Shown in pieces: positions 9,239 to 17,107 of a stretch of 64,000 bases of DNA; the stretch's first letter is position 1, and the number at the start of each line of letters is the position of its first letter. This stretch comes from Actinomycetota bacterium (GTDB lineage: Bacteria > Actinomycetota > Geothermincolia > Fen-727 > Anoxymicrobiaceae). A model generated the notes under the pieces. That model worked only from the letters and a program-made list of their open reading frames with translations. It was not told the origin of the DNA and did no database searches. Both the position numbers and the translations under genes were made by a program. The stretch is taken from NCBI GenBank assembly GCA_043807425.1, contig JAZDFZ010000025.1, forward strand, positions 1,827 to 65,826, read 5' to 3'.

Positions 9239-10167
9239 GTCCCCGACCGGTCCATGGCCCGGTCGATCTCTTCACGAGTGGGCATGGCGGGGGCGGTCCC
9301 GATCCTGGTCACCGAGAGAGCGGCCGCCGTGTTCGCGAAATCGACGGCCTCGAAGAACGCCTTCCCCTCGGCGATGGCGGTCGCCAGGGCCCCGCTGAAA
9401 GCGTCGCCTGCCCCGGTCGCATCGACTGCCGCCACCTCCACACTGGGGATGAAGCGCTCCTCCGCGCCGGTGACGGCGAACACGCCCCTGGAACCCATGG
9501 TGATGACGACGCTCTTCGTCCCCTTGCCCATGAGGACACGGGCCGCCTCACCCGCATCCTCGGGGGTCGAGACGTTGACACCCGAGAGGATGGACGCCTC
9601 GACCTCGTTGGGGGTCAGGATATCGACCAGCCCCAGGAGCGCGTCCGGCACCTCGCACGCCGGTGCGGGGTTCAAGATTATCCGGACACCGTTGCCCGAG
9701 GCGATTCCCAGCGCCCTCTCCACGGCGTCCAGGTTGGTCTCCAACTGGGTGAGGAACACGGGGTTGGTCGCTATCGCCCCGCGCGCTTTGTCGATGTCGG
9801 CCTCCGTGATGTTGGAACAGGCCCCCAGCGAGACCAGTATCTTGTTGTCGCCGGTGTTCTCGTCGACCATTATCAGCGCCGCGCCGGTCGCCAGCTCGTC
9901 GTCCCGCAGGATGTACCGCGTGTCCATGCCCTCCCGCTGGAAGCTCTCCAGTGCTATCCGCCCGAAGTCGTCACGGCCTATCTTCGTGATCATGTCCACC
10001 TCGGCGCCGGCCTTGTGGGCGGCCACGCCCTGGTTCGAGCCCTTTCCCCCTGGCCCGATGAGGAAGCCGTCACCCTTGACGGTCTCGCCCGTCCGCGGGA
10101 GATGAGGGGCCCTGGCCATGAGGTCGACCACGAAGCTGCCCATCACCGTCACTCGTGCTGCTGTCAT
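9235..10167 (-). CDS. rbsK: ribokinase / deoxyribokinase (PfkB family)
   Basis: 310 aa. VMGSFVVDL..R.P.LPRTGETV.G..F..GPGGKGSNQGVAA and C-terminal DATGAGDAFSGALA. GGGGGAG SD upstream of the ATG. Confidence 0.85.
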   Translation of the reverse strand: MTAARVTVMGSFVVDLMARAPHLPRTGETVKGDGFLIGPGGKGSNQGVAAHKAGAEVDMITKIGRDDFGRIALESFQREGMDTRYILRDDELATGAALIMVDENTGDNKILVSLGACSNITEADIDKARGAIATNPVFLTQLETNLDAVERALGIASGNGVRIILNPAPACEVPDALLGLVDILTPNEVEASILSGVNVSTPEDAGEAARVLMGKGTKSVVITMGSRGVFAVTGAEERFIPSVEVAAVDATGAGDAFSGALATAIAEGKAFFEAVDFANTAAALSVTRIGTAPAMPTREEIDRAMDRSGT

Positions 10168-10218
10168 CCTTTGCTCCCCCGCTCGCGGTCCGCGGCCGTC
10201 ACCATGGCTGAAGACTGT

Positions 10219-10827
10219 TCACGCGGACATCATATTCTTCGGTTTCAGGAAAGATACCATCCGGAGCACCCCGTGGACCCTCCTGCCGAACCTCGCCACC
10301 CGGCGCAGGTGCGGTGGCGCGCAGTCGGCTCCGAACGGGTTCTCTCCCAGGGGGCGCGGGCGCTCCCCCAGGCTCTCCAGCGCGGCTGGGATGCCCTCTA
10401 CGCTGTCGACCGTCTCGAATGTGGCCGAAGCCCCCATCAGGACCGGGCTCGCGTTGCGGCCCGGCATTGCGCGCGTGTCGTTCCTGTAGATGACGACCGG
10501 CTTCCCGGCGGCGAAGGCCACGCCCGTCTCGACGACGCCTCCCTCGTCCGGGACGCTTCCGTTCATGTTGAACACGAAGTAATCGCAGGCAAGGATCTGA
10601 AAGACGTCGAGCGCGAAGGTGGCCTTGCTCATGAATCGCACTACCGGCCGGAAGATCAGCAGGTTGGCCAGCGGCTGGTTCACCGCGTTCAATGCGAACG
10701 CCTCGACCCCATCCCGGTGCGGAAGGTACGTCGAGTAGCCGGCGCCCTCGAGGGCTCCGGCGATCTCCTCCATGGCCGTCACTTCCTCCGGGCAGAAGAG
10801 GGCCCCGGAGCAATAAACCCTTTTCAT
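10219..10827 (-). CDS. nucleoside 2-deoxyribosyltransferase-like protein, paralog 2 (Glu retained)
   Basis: 202 aa. MKRVYCSGALFCPEE...CDYFVFNMNGSVPDEGGVVETGVAFAAGKPVVIY matches the NDT/Rcl pattern D.G..(F/Y)E.G.A.A.GKP. GAGGAGGA SD. Confidence 0.6.
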   Translation of the reverse strand: MKRVYCSGALFCPEEVTAMEEIAGALEGAGYSTYLPHRDGVEAFALNAVNQPLANLLIFRPVVRFMSKATFALDVFQILACDYFVFNMNGSVPDEGGVVETGVAFAAGKPVVIYRNDTRAMPGRNASPVLMGASATFETVDSVEGIPAALESLGERPRPLGENPFGADCAPPHLRRVARFGRRVHGVLRMVSFLKPKNMMSA

Positions 10828-11034
10828 GTCCTCCTCTTGGTCGGCTTGCGGGCGATCGTCTTGGACACTCCCCCGGGTCTACCACGTATCGGCGACCAGA
10901 ACCTGGCCCTGCGCCCGTAGACATCCCCGAGTCCGTCGTCCTCCGGGCCCAGCAGAAGCCGTTTCCTTATCTCGCGCTTCCAGAACCGCCAGCTTCTCAC
11001 GGCCTCATTCTACATCGAGTGCCGGGCTGCCCCG

Positions 11035-11928
11035 TCAAGGCGCCTCAGGAAGGCTTTTCAGGTACGCGTCCACGCCCGCCGCAACGCCTTCGGCGACCCT
11101 TTCGCGGAAGTCGGGGTCCTTGATCAGGGCGGCTTCATCGGGGTCGGTCAGGAAGACCGCCTCGAGCAGGGCGGACGGCATCGTGACGTTGGATACGACG
11201 TATAGGCGCGAGCCCCGGGTGCCCCGGTCGGGCCGCTCGATGCTGCGCACGACCTCCTTCTGGACGTACAGGGCGAGGAGCCTTCCATCGGAGGAATCCC
11301 GGAAGTGATAGGTGGTCGTTCCCTGGACGTCGGGCGGGCGGGCGTTGTTGTGGATGCTGACGAACACCGAGGCCCCCGAGCCGTTTGCGATGGCGCAGCG
11401 CTCAGCCAGCGATGGGTTTGTGTCCGAGTCGCGGGTCATCACGACGCGGTAGCCCTTCTCCTCCAGCAGGCGCCGGGCTCGAAGGGCGATGTCCAGGTTC
11501 ACGTCCTTCTCCCCTACGCCGTTCTCCAGCGCGCCGGTGTCCCTGGCGCCGTGACCGGGGTCAATACAGACCACCTCGCCGGTCCCAGGGGATCCCGGGG
11601 TGCCGCGGGTAGCGATCCACGCCACGACGCCGGCCGTCACAAGCACGAACGCGGACGCCGCCGAGGCGACCGCGATCCAGAATCCACGTGGGAGCCGGCC
11701 CGGCGCAGAGGCAGTCGCTGGCGCCATCATGTCTATCTCCGCATCGCTCAGCTGAAAGCGGAGGTTCAGCCTGGGGGAGTACGTCACGTACCGGAACCGG
11801 GGCCGCTCGGCGTTGGGGACGACTCGCTCTACTACGACGGATTCGCCCCTGGCGAAGGCGAGGCGCTCTCCCACCATCACGTCTTTCGTGATTATGCAGG
11901 GGTGTCCGGGGGTTATCTGTTCATCCAT
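11035..11928 (-). CDS. N-acetylmuramoyl-L-alanine amidase (Amidase_3) with N-terminal domain and TM anchor
   Basis: 297 aa. CIDPGHGARDTGA, EKDVNLDIAL, VVMTRDSD, VFVSIHNNA, ALLEAVFLTD. Confidence 0.85.
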   Translation of the reverse strand: MDEQITPGHPCIITKDVMVGERLAFARGESVVVERVVPNAERPRFRYVTYSPRLNLRFQLSDAEIDMMAPATASAPGRLPRGFWIAVASAASAFVLVTAGVVAWIATRGTPGSPGTGEVVCIDPGHGARDTGALENGVGEKDVNLDIALRARRLLEEKGYRVVMTRDSDTNPSLAERCAIANGSGASVFVSIHNNARPPDVQGTTTYHFRDSSDGRLLALYVQKEVVRSIERPDRGTRGSRLYVVSNVTMPSALLEAVFLTDPDEAALIKDPDFRERVAEGVAAGVDAYLKSLPEAP

Positions 11929-11964
11929 CAGAGTCTTCGACTACTTCTGACTGCTCGTGGAAAG

Positions 11965-12669
11965 CTACTCCCCCTCACCCCGACCCTCTCCCCCCGGGGG
12001 AGAGGGAGGAATCGGCTCCTTGGCTATCTCCAGGGCCTTCCTCTCCAGCCAGGCCGAGTACTTCTCCCAGGAGGACCAGTCCTCCTCCGTGCCGCGCCAT
12101 AGCTCGAAGTGGCACTTCTCGGCGCCGGCGGGGATGGTCTCCGTGAAGCGCACCTGCCACTCCTCCAGCCAGCCCGACTCCCTGGCGGCGTCGAGCATGC
12201 CCTGCACGAAGTACCTCTGCACCCGGCAGTCGAACGCCGAGTACTCGTCCTGGTGGGGGCACCATATTATGTCGAAGCTGACCTTGTCCTCGGAGTCTAT
12301 GACCGGGTCCTCCAGCGAGGCGTAGGCGACGCGGTTGACCACGGTGGCGAAGAAGCTGACCAGCTCGGCGTCGGAGAGCCCCTCCGGCCTCTCGTTCCCT
12401 TCGGCTATCTGGCGCCCGACGTCGTAGCCGACCTTCCTGATGGCCTCCCCCACCACCCGCTGCCCGAGCGCGCCGAACTCCTTCTCGCAGGCCTTGAGTA
12501 TCTCGATGACGGCCATCGCCTGCATGGTCCCCCACTGCCACAGCACCGCGGGGTCGAACCGGTCATCGGAGAGGACCGACTCCCTGAGGCGCTTCAGCCC
12601 GTCCCCGTACGGCTGGTTGAACTCGAACCGCTTCCAGGACTCCTCGGGGCGGTCCTCCCAGTGCTTCAT
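11965..12669 (-). CDS. hypothetical cytoplasmic protein (possibly ATC-hydrolase-like) with a repeat-encoded C-terminal tail
   Basis: ATG 12669 with AGGGAGGAA SD. MKHWEDRPEESWKRFEF...IIWCPHQDEYSAFDCRVQRYF...AGAEKCHFELW. The last 15 aa (PIPPSPPGGEGRGEGE) are encoded by the family-1 repeat. The long upstream part of ORF 11965-14112 is an antisense shadow of the GT39 gene. Confidence 0.6.
   Translation of the reverse strand: MKHWEDRPEESWKRFEFNQPYGDGLKRLRESVLSDDRFDPAVLWQWGTMQAMAVIEILKACEKEFGALGQRVVGEAIRKVGYDVGRQIAEGNERPEGLSDAELVSFFATVVNRVAYASLEDPVIDSEDKVSFDIIWCPHQDEYSAFDCRVQRYFVQGMLDAARESGWLEEWQVRFTETIPAGAEKCHFELWRGTEEDWSSWEKYSAWLERKALEIAKEPIPPSPPGGEGRGEGE
11968..12013 (-). repeat. family-1 hairpin repeat, copy 1
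   Basis: CTCCCCCTCACCCCGACCCTCTCCCCCCGGGGGAGAGGGAGGAATC. Arms CCCTCTCCCCC / GGGGGAGAGGG. Confidence 0.9.
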
Positions 12670-12685
12670 GATTCCTCCCTCGTAT

Positions 12686-12738
12686 CCGGGACTGAAGTCC
12701 CGGCCCAAGCTGTTCGGTTCCGGGCCTGAGAGGCCCGG
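12686..12738. repeat. family-2 hairpin (CCGGGACTGAAGTCCCGGCCCAAG) plus a second GC hairpin (CCGGGCCtgagaGGCCCGG)
   Basis: Lies in the 110-nt gap between the GT39 stop (12780) and the next start (12669). Likely intercistronic or terminator structures. Confidence 0.7.
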
Positions 12739-12779
12739 CTCAAGGTCGCTGTCCGGGGTCAAGCATTCAGAGGTTCCGG

Positions 12780-14411
12780 CTATGGCCTTATCTTCACCAG
12801 GAACATGTTCATCTTCTCGTTCCCGTCCTTGGGGTAGACCGCTATCACGTCGACGGGCCACCCGGCCGGGACCTCCTCGTAACCGTTTATCACCGCGTAG
12901 GTGGGGTAGGCGCACGCCGCCTCCTGGTACAGCGGCGGGAACTCGGAGTCCTCGGGGATACCCGGCAGGAACCTTATCTCCTCGTTGTCGAACACGTACA
13001 TGGAGAGCGCGGCCTCGCCGCACCCGTACCCGATCCTGCCCATGGCGATGGTCCCCTTCTCGCTCTGCGACTCCAGGAACCGTACCGTCTCGTCTATGCC
13101 CCAGCCGGCCGCCCACCCGGTGATGAACTGCGGCGTCTCCTCGTAGGGGAGCCAGGCCCGCTCCGGCTTCACGACCATGAAGCCGTCCTCCACCCCGACC
13201 GGCACCAGGACCAGCAGAAGGACCGCGACCAGGCCGGCAACTGCGACCAGCTTTCCGCGTCCCCTGCGAGGGCCGGGCTCGAACGCCCACCCGGTCAGCG
13301 ACCTGACCAGGTAAGCGCCGCCCAGCAGCAGCGGGGGTATGACCACGATGAAGTATCGGGGGAAGTGGTACCCGGCCACGAAGCACGTCGCCCCGCCTAT
13401 GATGAGTGCCCAGGCCACCAGGAAGTAGGCGGGCCGCCAGCGCCGGATGAGCCCCATCAGCAGGCCCGCTATGCACGCCAGGAACAGGGTCGGTACGAGG
13501 TAGACGAACAGTATGCGGAACAGCGCGGCGGAGTTCGCCGGGAACACCTTCATGGGGGCATCGATCACCTGGTAGAGGTCGTAGGTCCATCGTGTGCCGA
13601 GCTGATCGATGAGGACGAAGTTGGGCGATAGCTGCAGGACGTTGTACATCCCCCATCCGATGACGAACGAGCCCACCACCCCCACCGCCCATCGCGCCAG
13701 GGGACGGCTCTTCGACCTGCCCTTCTCGCGCGGCCCGCGCACCAGGTACGCGAAGGGGATGACCAGGTAGAGCAGCTGGCCGCTCGGCTTGGTGAGCATC
13801 GCGAGACCGATGGAGACGCCGGTGCCGATGAGCCACCAGTGGTTCACCGCCCGCACCGCCTTGAGGGCGAAGAACACCGCGAAGATGAAGAAGGTCAGCA
13901 GGAGGCCCTCGGCCACTGCCATCCTGTCGTACCAGAGGGCGAACGGGCAGAGCACGTAGAGCAGCCCGGCCCAGGCGCCCAGCTCCAGGTCTTTGAGCTC
14001 CCGGCCGACGAGGACCATGCCCAGCGTGCTGAACGCTCCCGCGATGACGGAGGTGATCCTGCCCGCAATCAGGGGATCGGCGAAGACCTTGAGCAGGGGG
14101 ACCATGGCCCACGCGTGCAGTGGAGGCTTCCCGTCCGTCAGCGAGATCAGGTAGTTACCCTTGTAGAGCGCCAGCTGGGACCATCGGATGTAGATGCTCT
14201 CGTCGCAGAACACGGGGAGGCTCTTGAGAGAGACCGATCGTGTCACGAGGTAGAGGGTGAACACCGCGCCGAGCAGTATCCATACGTAGTTCCGTCTCAG
14301 AAACGATGGGCTGTCGGTCATGCGCTTCAGTACTCTCTCAGCCGGTCGGCGGGGCCCTGGCCTGGACCTGCCCCGATTATAACCTTTGAGGGGGTCAGCA
14401 TTGGCTGACAT
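12780..14411 (-). CDS. GT-C fold membrane glycosyltransferase (family 39/83, ArnT/PMT-like)
   Basis: 543 aa with many TM helices. First-loop motif PVFCDESIYIRW and C-terminal soluble domain. Alternative ATG at 14321. Confidence 0.8.
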   Translation of the reverse strand: MSANADPLKGYNRGRSRPGPRRPAERVLKRMTDSPSFLRRNYVWILLGAVFTLYLVTRSVSLKSLPVFCDESIYIRWSQLALYKGNYLISLTDGKPPLHAWAMVPLLKVFADPLIAGRITSVIAGAFSTLGMVLVGRELKDLELGAWAGLLYVLCPFALWYDRMAVAEGLLLTFFIFAVFFALKAVRAVNHWWLIGTGVSIGLAMLTKPSGQLLYLVIPFAYLVRGPREKGRSKSRPLARWAVGVVGSFVIGWGMYNVLQLSPNFVLIDQLGTRWTYDLYQVIDAPMKVFPANSAALFRILFVYLVPTLFLACIAGLLMGLIRRWRPAYFLVAWALIIGGATCFVAGYHFPRYFIVVIPPLLLGGAYLVRSLTGWAFEPGPRRGRGKLVAVAGLVAVLLLVLVPVGVEDGFMVVKPERAWLPYEETPQFITGWAAGWGIDETVRFLESQSEKGTIAMGRIGYGCGEAALSMYVFDNEEIRFLPGIPEDSEFPPLYQEAACAYPTYAVINGYEEVPAGWPVDVIAVYPKDGNEKMNMFLVKIRP

Positions 14412-14504
14412 ACCTCATGCCGGGCGGGTGGCGTGTCACAGCCCGGGAGTATGTTAGTCTGGTAGCCGGCACAAGGTTATCTTTCTGGAATGGAGTGATG
14501 CGTG

Positions 14505-15293
14505 ATGACAAACGGCTCTCCCCCACCGGAGGGGCGGCCTCCTCCACCGCCGCCGCCGGCCAACCTGCCTCCGGGCAGGCCGCCCATGCATCAGCCGCCG
14601 GGACGGCCGCCCCAGGGGCAGCCTCCCGTGCAGGGCCAGCCTCAGGTGCCGGTGCAGCAGCCTCCCACATATCAGCAGCCTGGGCAGCAGGCCCCGCCCG
14701 CCGGCCCGGGACAGCCCGTTCAACCCGGATACCCCCAGTACGCCTACCCGCCGCCCCCGCAGGCGCCGCAGAAGTCGAGCGGCGTGTTGAAGGGGTGTCT
14801 CATCGCCTTCGGCATCGTCACGCTGGTCTCCATAATAGTGGTCGTCGTCCTGGTCGCCGTGGTGGGGGTCGGGGTCCACAAGGTGGTCAAGGAGATCACC
14901 AACAGGGAGACGGTCAGCGTCGGGATCGGGCAGGTTGGCAAGACGGGTCAGCTCGACGTGAAGGTGGTCGGCTGGTCGCCATCCCAGGGTGACGACGTGT
15001 TCAAACCGGCGCAGGGCAACCAGTTCGTCGTGGTCGACCTGTCAATCGCAAACAGCGGGACGACCTCCAAGCTGGTCAGCACCGTGACCGAGATGTCCAT
15101 AAGAACCCCCGACGGGTACCAGTACGACATGGCCGTGTACTTCCCCGAACCGAGATTCCCCGAGGGCGACATTTTGCCCGGCCAGACCGCCAGGGGGAAC
15201 GTGTCATTCGAGGTGCCGTCGAACGCGACCGGCATGTCATTCGTCTACAAGCCGCTGATAATAGGCGACGTGGTGAGCGTCAAGCTCAACTGA
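14505..15293 (+). CDS. membrane-anchored DUF4352-like protein with Pro/Gln-rich N-terminus
   Basis: GGAGTG SD 7 nt upstream of ATG 14505. About 85 aa of P/Q-rich sequence (PPPPPPPANLPPGRPP...), one TM helix, then a beta-rich domain: VKVVGWSPSQGDDVFKPAQGNQFVVVDLSIANSG...GNVSFEVP. Confidence 0.7.
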   Translation: MTNGSPPPEGRPPPPPPPANLPPGRPPMHQPPGRPPQGQPPVQGQPQVPVQQPPTYQQPGQQAPPAGPGQPVQPGYPQYAYPPPPQAPQKSSGVLKGCLIAFGIVTLVSIIVVVVLVAVVGVGVHKVVKEITNRETVSVGIGQVGKTGQLDVKVVGWSPSQGDDVFKPAQGNQFVVVDLSIANSGTTSKLVSTVTEMSIRTPDGYQYDMAVYFPEPRFPEGDILPGQTARGNVSFEVPSNATGMSFVYKPLIIGDVVSVKLN

Positions 15294-15392
15294 GAAGATG
15301 ACCGTTCGCGGGTATTGAATAAACACATGGCCGCCGATACGATTACTGGTTGAGCGAGCAGGTGCGGGATTCTCGAGGTGGGAGTCGGGGAT

Positions 15393-15728
15393 ATGGAAAA
15401 CGGCGAAGAGCGGCAGAGCGACATTCCCCCCGGTGCGGCGATGATACTCGAGTGCACGTCCGACACGGGGGTCACCCTTGAGGTCAAGCACGGCCAGGTG
15501 ATAGGCAGGGAGGCCGACATCGACGTGAGCGGCCTCTCCGACACTCAGTACATGTCACGCAAGCACGCCCGGTTCCACCACAGGCGCGGAAGGTGGCACC
15601 TGGAGAACCTCAGCAGCAAGAGCTTCACCTACGTGAACGGAAAGCAGGTCTCCCCCGGCGATACGATCGAGCTGAAGCCCGGAGACAGGCTTACCTTCGG
15701 GACGACGCGCTGCACCTACAAGGAGTAG
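15393..15728 (+). CDS. FHA domain protein
   Basis: IGREADIDV....SRKHARFHHRRGRWHLENLSSKSFTYVNGKQVSPGD.IELKPGDRLTFG. ATG 15393 preceded by GAGGTGGGAG. Confidence 0.85.
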   Translation: MENGEERQSDIPPGAAMILECTSDTGVTLEVKHGQVIGREADIDVSGLSDTQYMSRKHARFHHRRGRWHLENLSSKSFTYVNGKQVSPGDTIELKPGDRLTFGTTRCTYKE

Positions 15729-15737
15729 AACTCAAAT

Positions 15738-15839
15738 GATTGGGCGCGGACTTTAGTCCGCGGACACTAAGAAGACCGGGACTGAAGTCCCGGCCCAATC
15801 GGGAAGTCCCGGCCCAATCGGGAAGTCCCGGCCCAATCG
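15738..15839. repeat. family-2 hairpin repeat cluster (1 inverted copy, 1 forward copy, 3x tandem 19-bp tail)
   Basis: GATTGGGCGCGGACTTTAGTCCGCG (inverted). CCGGGACTGAAGTCCCGGCCCAATCG (forward). GGAAGTCCCGGCCCAATCG repeated at 15783, 15802 and 15821. Followed by the palindrome AGTGACTAGTCACT (15841-15854), which spans the stop of the next gene. Confidence 0.9.
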
Positions 15840-15849
15840 CAGTGACTAG

Positions 15850-16956
15850 TCACTCGACGAGGATTATCCTGGCGTCGTCCGTTATCTCCACCAGCGTGTT
15901 GCTGGTCTCGGGGACACCGCGGTCGTCCAGCCAGCAGCCCGAGTTGACCGCAAGCGTCCCGGAGAGGGGCAGTCGCAGCATCCCGGCCCGGTGGGTGTGC
16001 CCGTAGACGAAGTAGGCCGGCATCTCCTCGCAGAAGTGCTTGAGCAGGGCCTCTATCTCGACCGCGTTCTCCTCGATAGTGGAGCCCCGGTAGTTGGAGG
16101 TGCGGTCGTCGGGCGAGACCCCCCAGTACTTGCCGGTGTTGTTCAACCAGCGGTAGATGCGGTAGCGGTTCTCCACGACCCCGGGTATATAGGTGCTGAG
16201 CATCGCCATCTCGTAGTACGGAGAGATAAAGCGTTCCATGTCGTCCAGGTCGAGACTGCCGGTTCTGTTGAGTATGAAGGTACTGATGCGGGAGTGCTTC
16301 GGCTTCCACAGGGACCGCTCGAACATGCCCAGCAGGTGCCCGTGGGTTAGCAGCGCCGGCCTGCCGCGTACAAGGACCTGGTAAATGGGGTAGGTCATGA
16401 ATAGCGGCACCTGGGCGTCCCTGGGGATGAGTGGCGCGATCGCCGGGCAGTCGCGGGTCATGGGCATGACCAGCTCGGGCATCTCCAGGCTGCCTTCACG
16501 GAGGTTTCGCGCGACCTTCTCCTCGAAATACATGCGGAAGATGTGGTGATCGTGGTTTCCGGGCAGGTACACCATCCTCCGGACGTTCGGCAGCGTGAAC
16601 AGCGCGTCCAGGAGCGGCCCTCCCCTCTTCAGCGCCTCGTCGAACCTCGCGTTCCAGAAGTCGAACAGATCGCCCAGGATGACAAGGTCGTCGATGGGGC
16701 CCAGCTCGGTTATCGCTTCCACCAGCGGCTGGACGCGCTCGGGCTGGGCCAGAAGGTCGTGTGGCTCGCCGAGGTGTACGTCGCTGATGATCACGACGCG
16801 GTCGGCGACCGCCCCGGGCTCCGGCGGCTTGAGGAATGCGCGCGCGCCGGGGATGCGTGAGGCGATAAGCTCTCCGCGGCGCCTCGCCTTCTGAGCGACG
16901 CGCCTGGACGCCTCCACTGCCTTGTACTCCGATATCTTCTTGCGGTTATCGGCCAT
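15850..16956 (-). CDS. metallophosphoesterase (calcineurin-like)
   Basis: SDVHLGEP, ILGDLFDFWN, LPGNHDHH, LTHGHLL, YGHTHRAG. ATG 16956 preferred over the ORF-track TTG at 16974. Confidence 0.85.
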   Translation of the reverse strand: MADNRKKISEYKAVEASRRVAQKARRRGELIASRIPGARAFLKPPEPGAVADRVVIISDVHLGEPHDLLAQPERVQPLVEAITELGPIDDLVILGDLFDFWNARFDEALKRGGPLLDALFTLPNVRRMVYLPGNHDHHIFRMYFEEKVARNLREGSLEMPELVMPMTRDCPAIAPLIPRDAQVPLFMTYPIYQVLVRGRPALLTHGHLLGMFERSLWKPKHSRISTFILNRTGSLDLDDMERFISPYYEMAMLSTYIPGVVENRYRIYRWLNNTGKYWGVSPDDRTSNYRGSTIEENAVEIEALLKHFCEEMPAYFVYGHTHRAGMLRLPLSGTLAVNSGCWLDDRGVPETSNTLVEITDDARIILVE

Positions 16957-16983
16957 GTTCGTCCCTAATCGCAATGACTTGAG

Positions 16984-17080
16984 CCCGGCCTCTCAGGCCG
17001 GGGTCGTGCCTGCGGGGCTGAGAGCCCCGCCTCAAGCGTTTCTTGATGATAGCGGGGTTGACAACTCCCGCTCAAGAAAG
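16984..17080 (-). terminator. three consecutive GC hairpins after the end of the 13-gene operon
   Basis: CCCGGCCtctcaGGCCGGG (16984-17002). GCGGGGCtgagaGCCCCGC (17012-17030). AGCGGGgttgacaactCCCGCT nested inside TTTCTTGA...TCAAGAAA (17038-17079). No U-tract. Confidence 0.4.
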
Positions 17081-17107
17081 AATTCGCCATCGGAGAGAAT
17101 AACCCGG

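Noticed and set aside
10828-11034. A 207-bp intergenic gap, together with the 39097-39242 gap, checked for a riboswitch, sRNA or small ORF.
   Set aside because: I could find no extended helices, conserved riboswitch cores or SD-preceded small ORFs by eye. This cannot be excluded without an Rfam scan.
11965-14112. 715-aa ORF spanning two genes' worth of sequence.
   Set aside because: Only the last ~235 codons (from ATG 12669, with a strong SD) look like protein. The upstream ~480 codons are the antisense shadow of the GT39 membrane protein (12780-14411), whose TM-helix pattern is unambiguous. The same logic applies to 60475-61833 (only the VOC part is real) and to 26208-27122 and 21619-23343 (N-terminal extensions rejected).
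14505-14760. Pro/Gln-rich stretch (PPPPPPPANLPPGRPPMHQPPGRPPQGQPP...) as a possible DNA tandem repeat or collagen-like domain.
   Set aside because: There is no regular nucleotide period and no G-X-Y triplets. It reads as a low-complexity cytoplasmic linker preceding the TM helix of the DUF4352-like protein.
15783-15839. Three head-to-tail 19-bp repeats that could suggest a CRISPR array.
   Set aside because: There are no spacers between the repeats and no cas genes in the window. The unit is the 3' half of the family-2 hairpin element.
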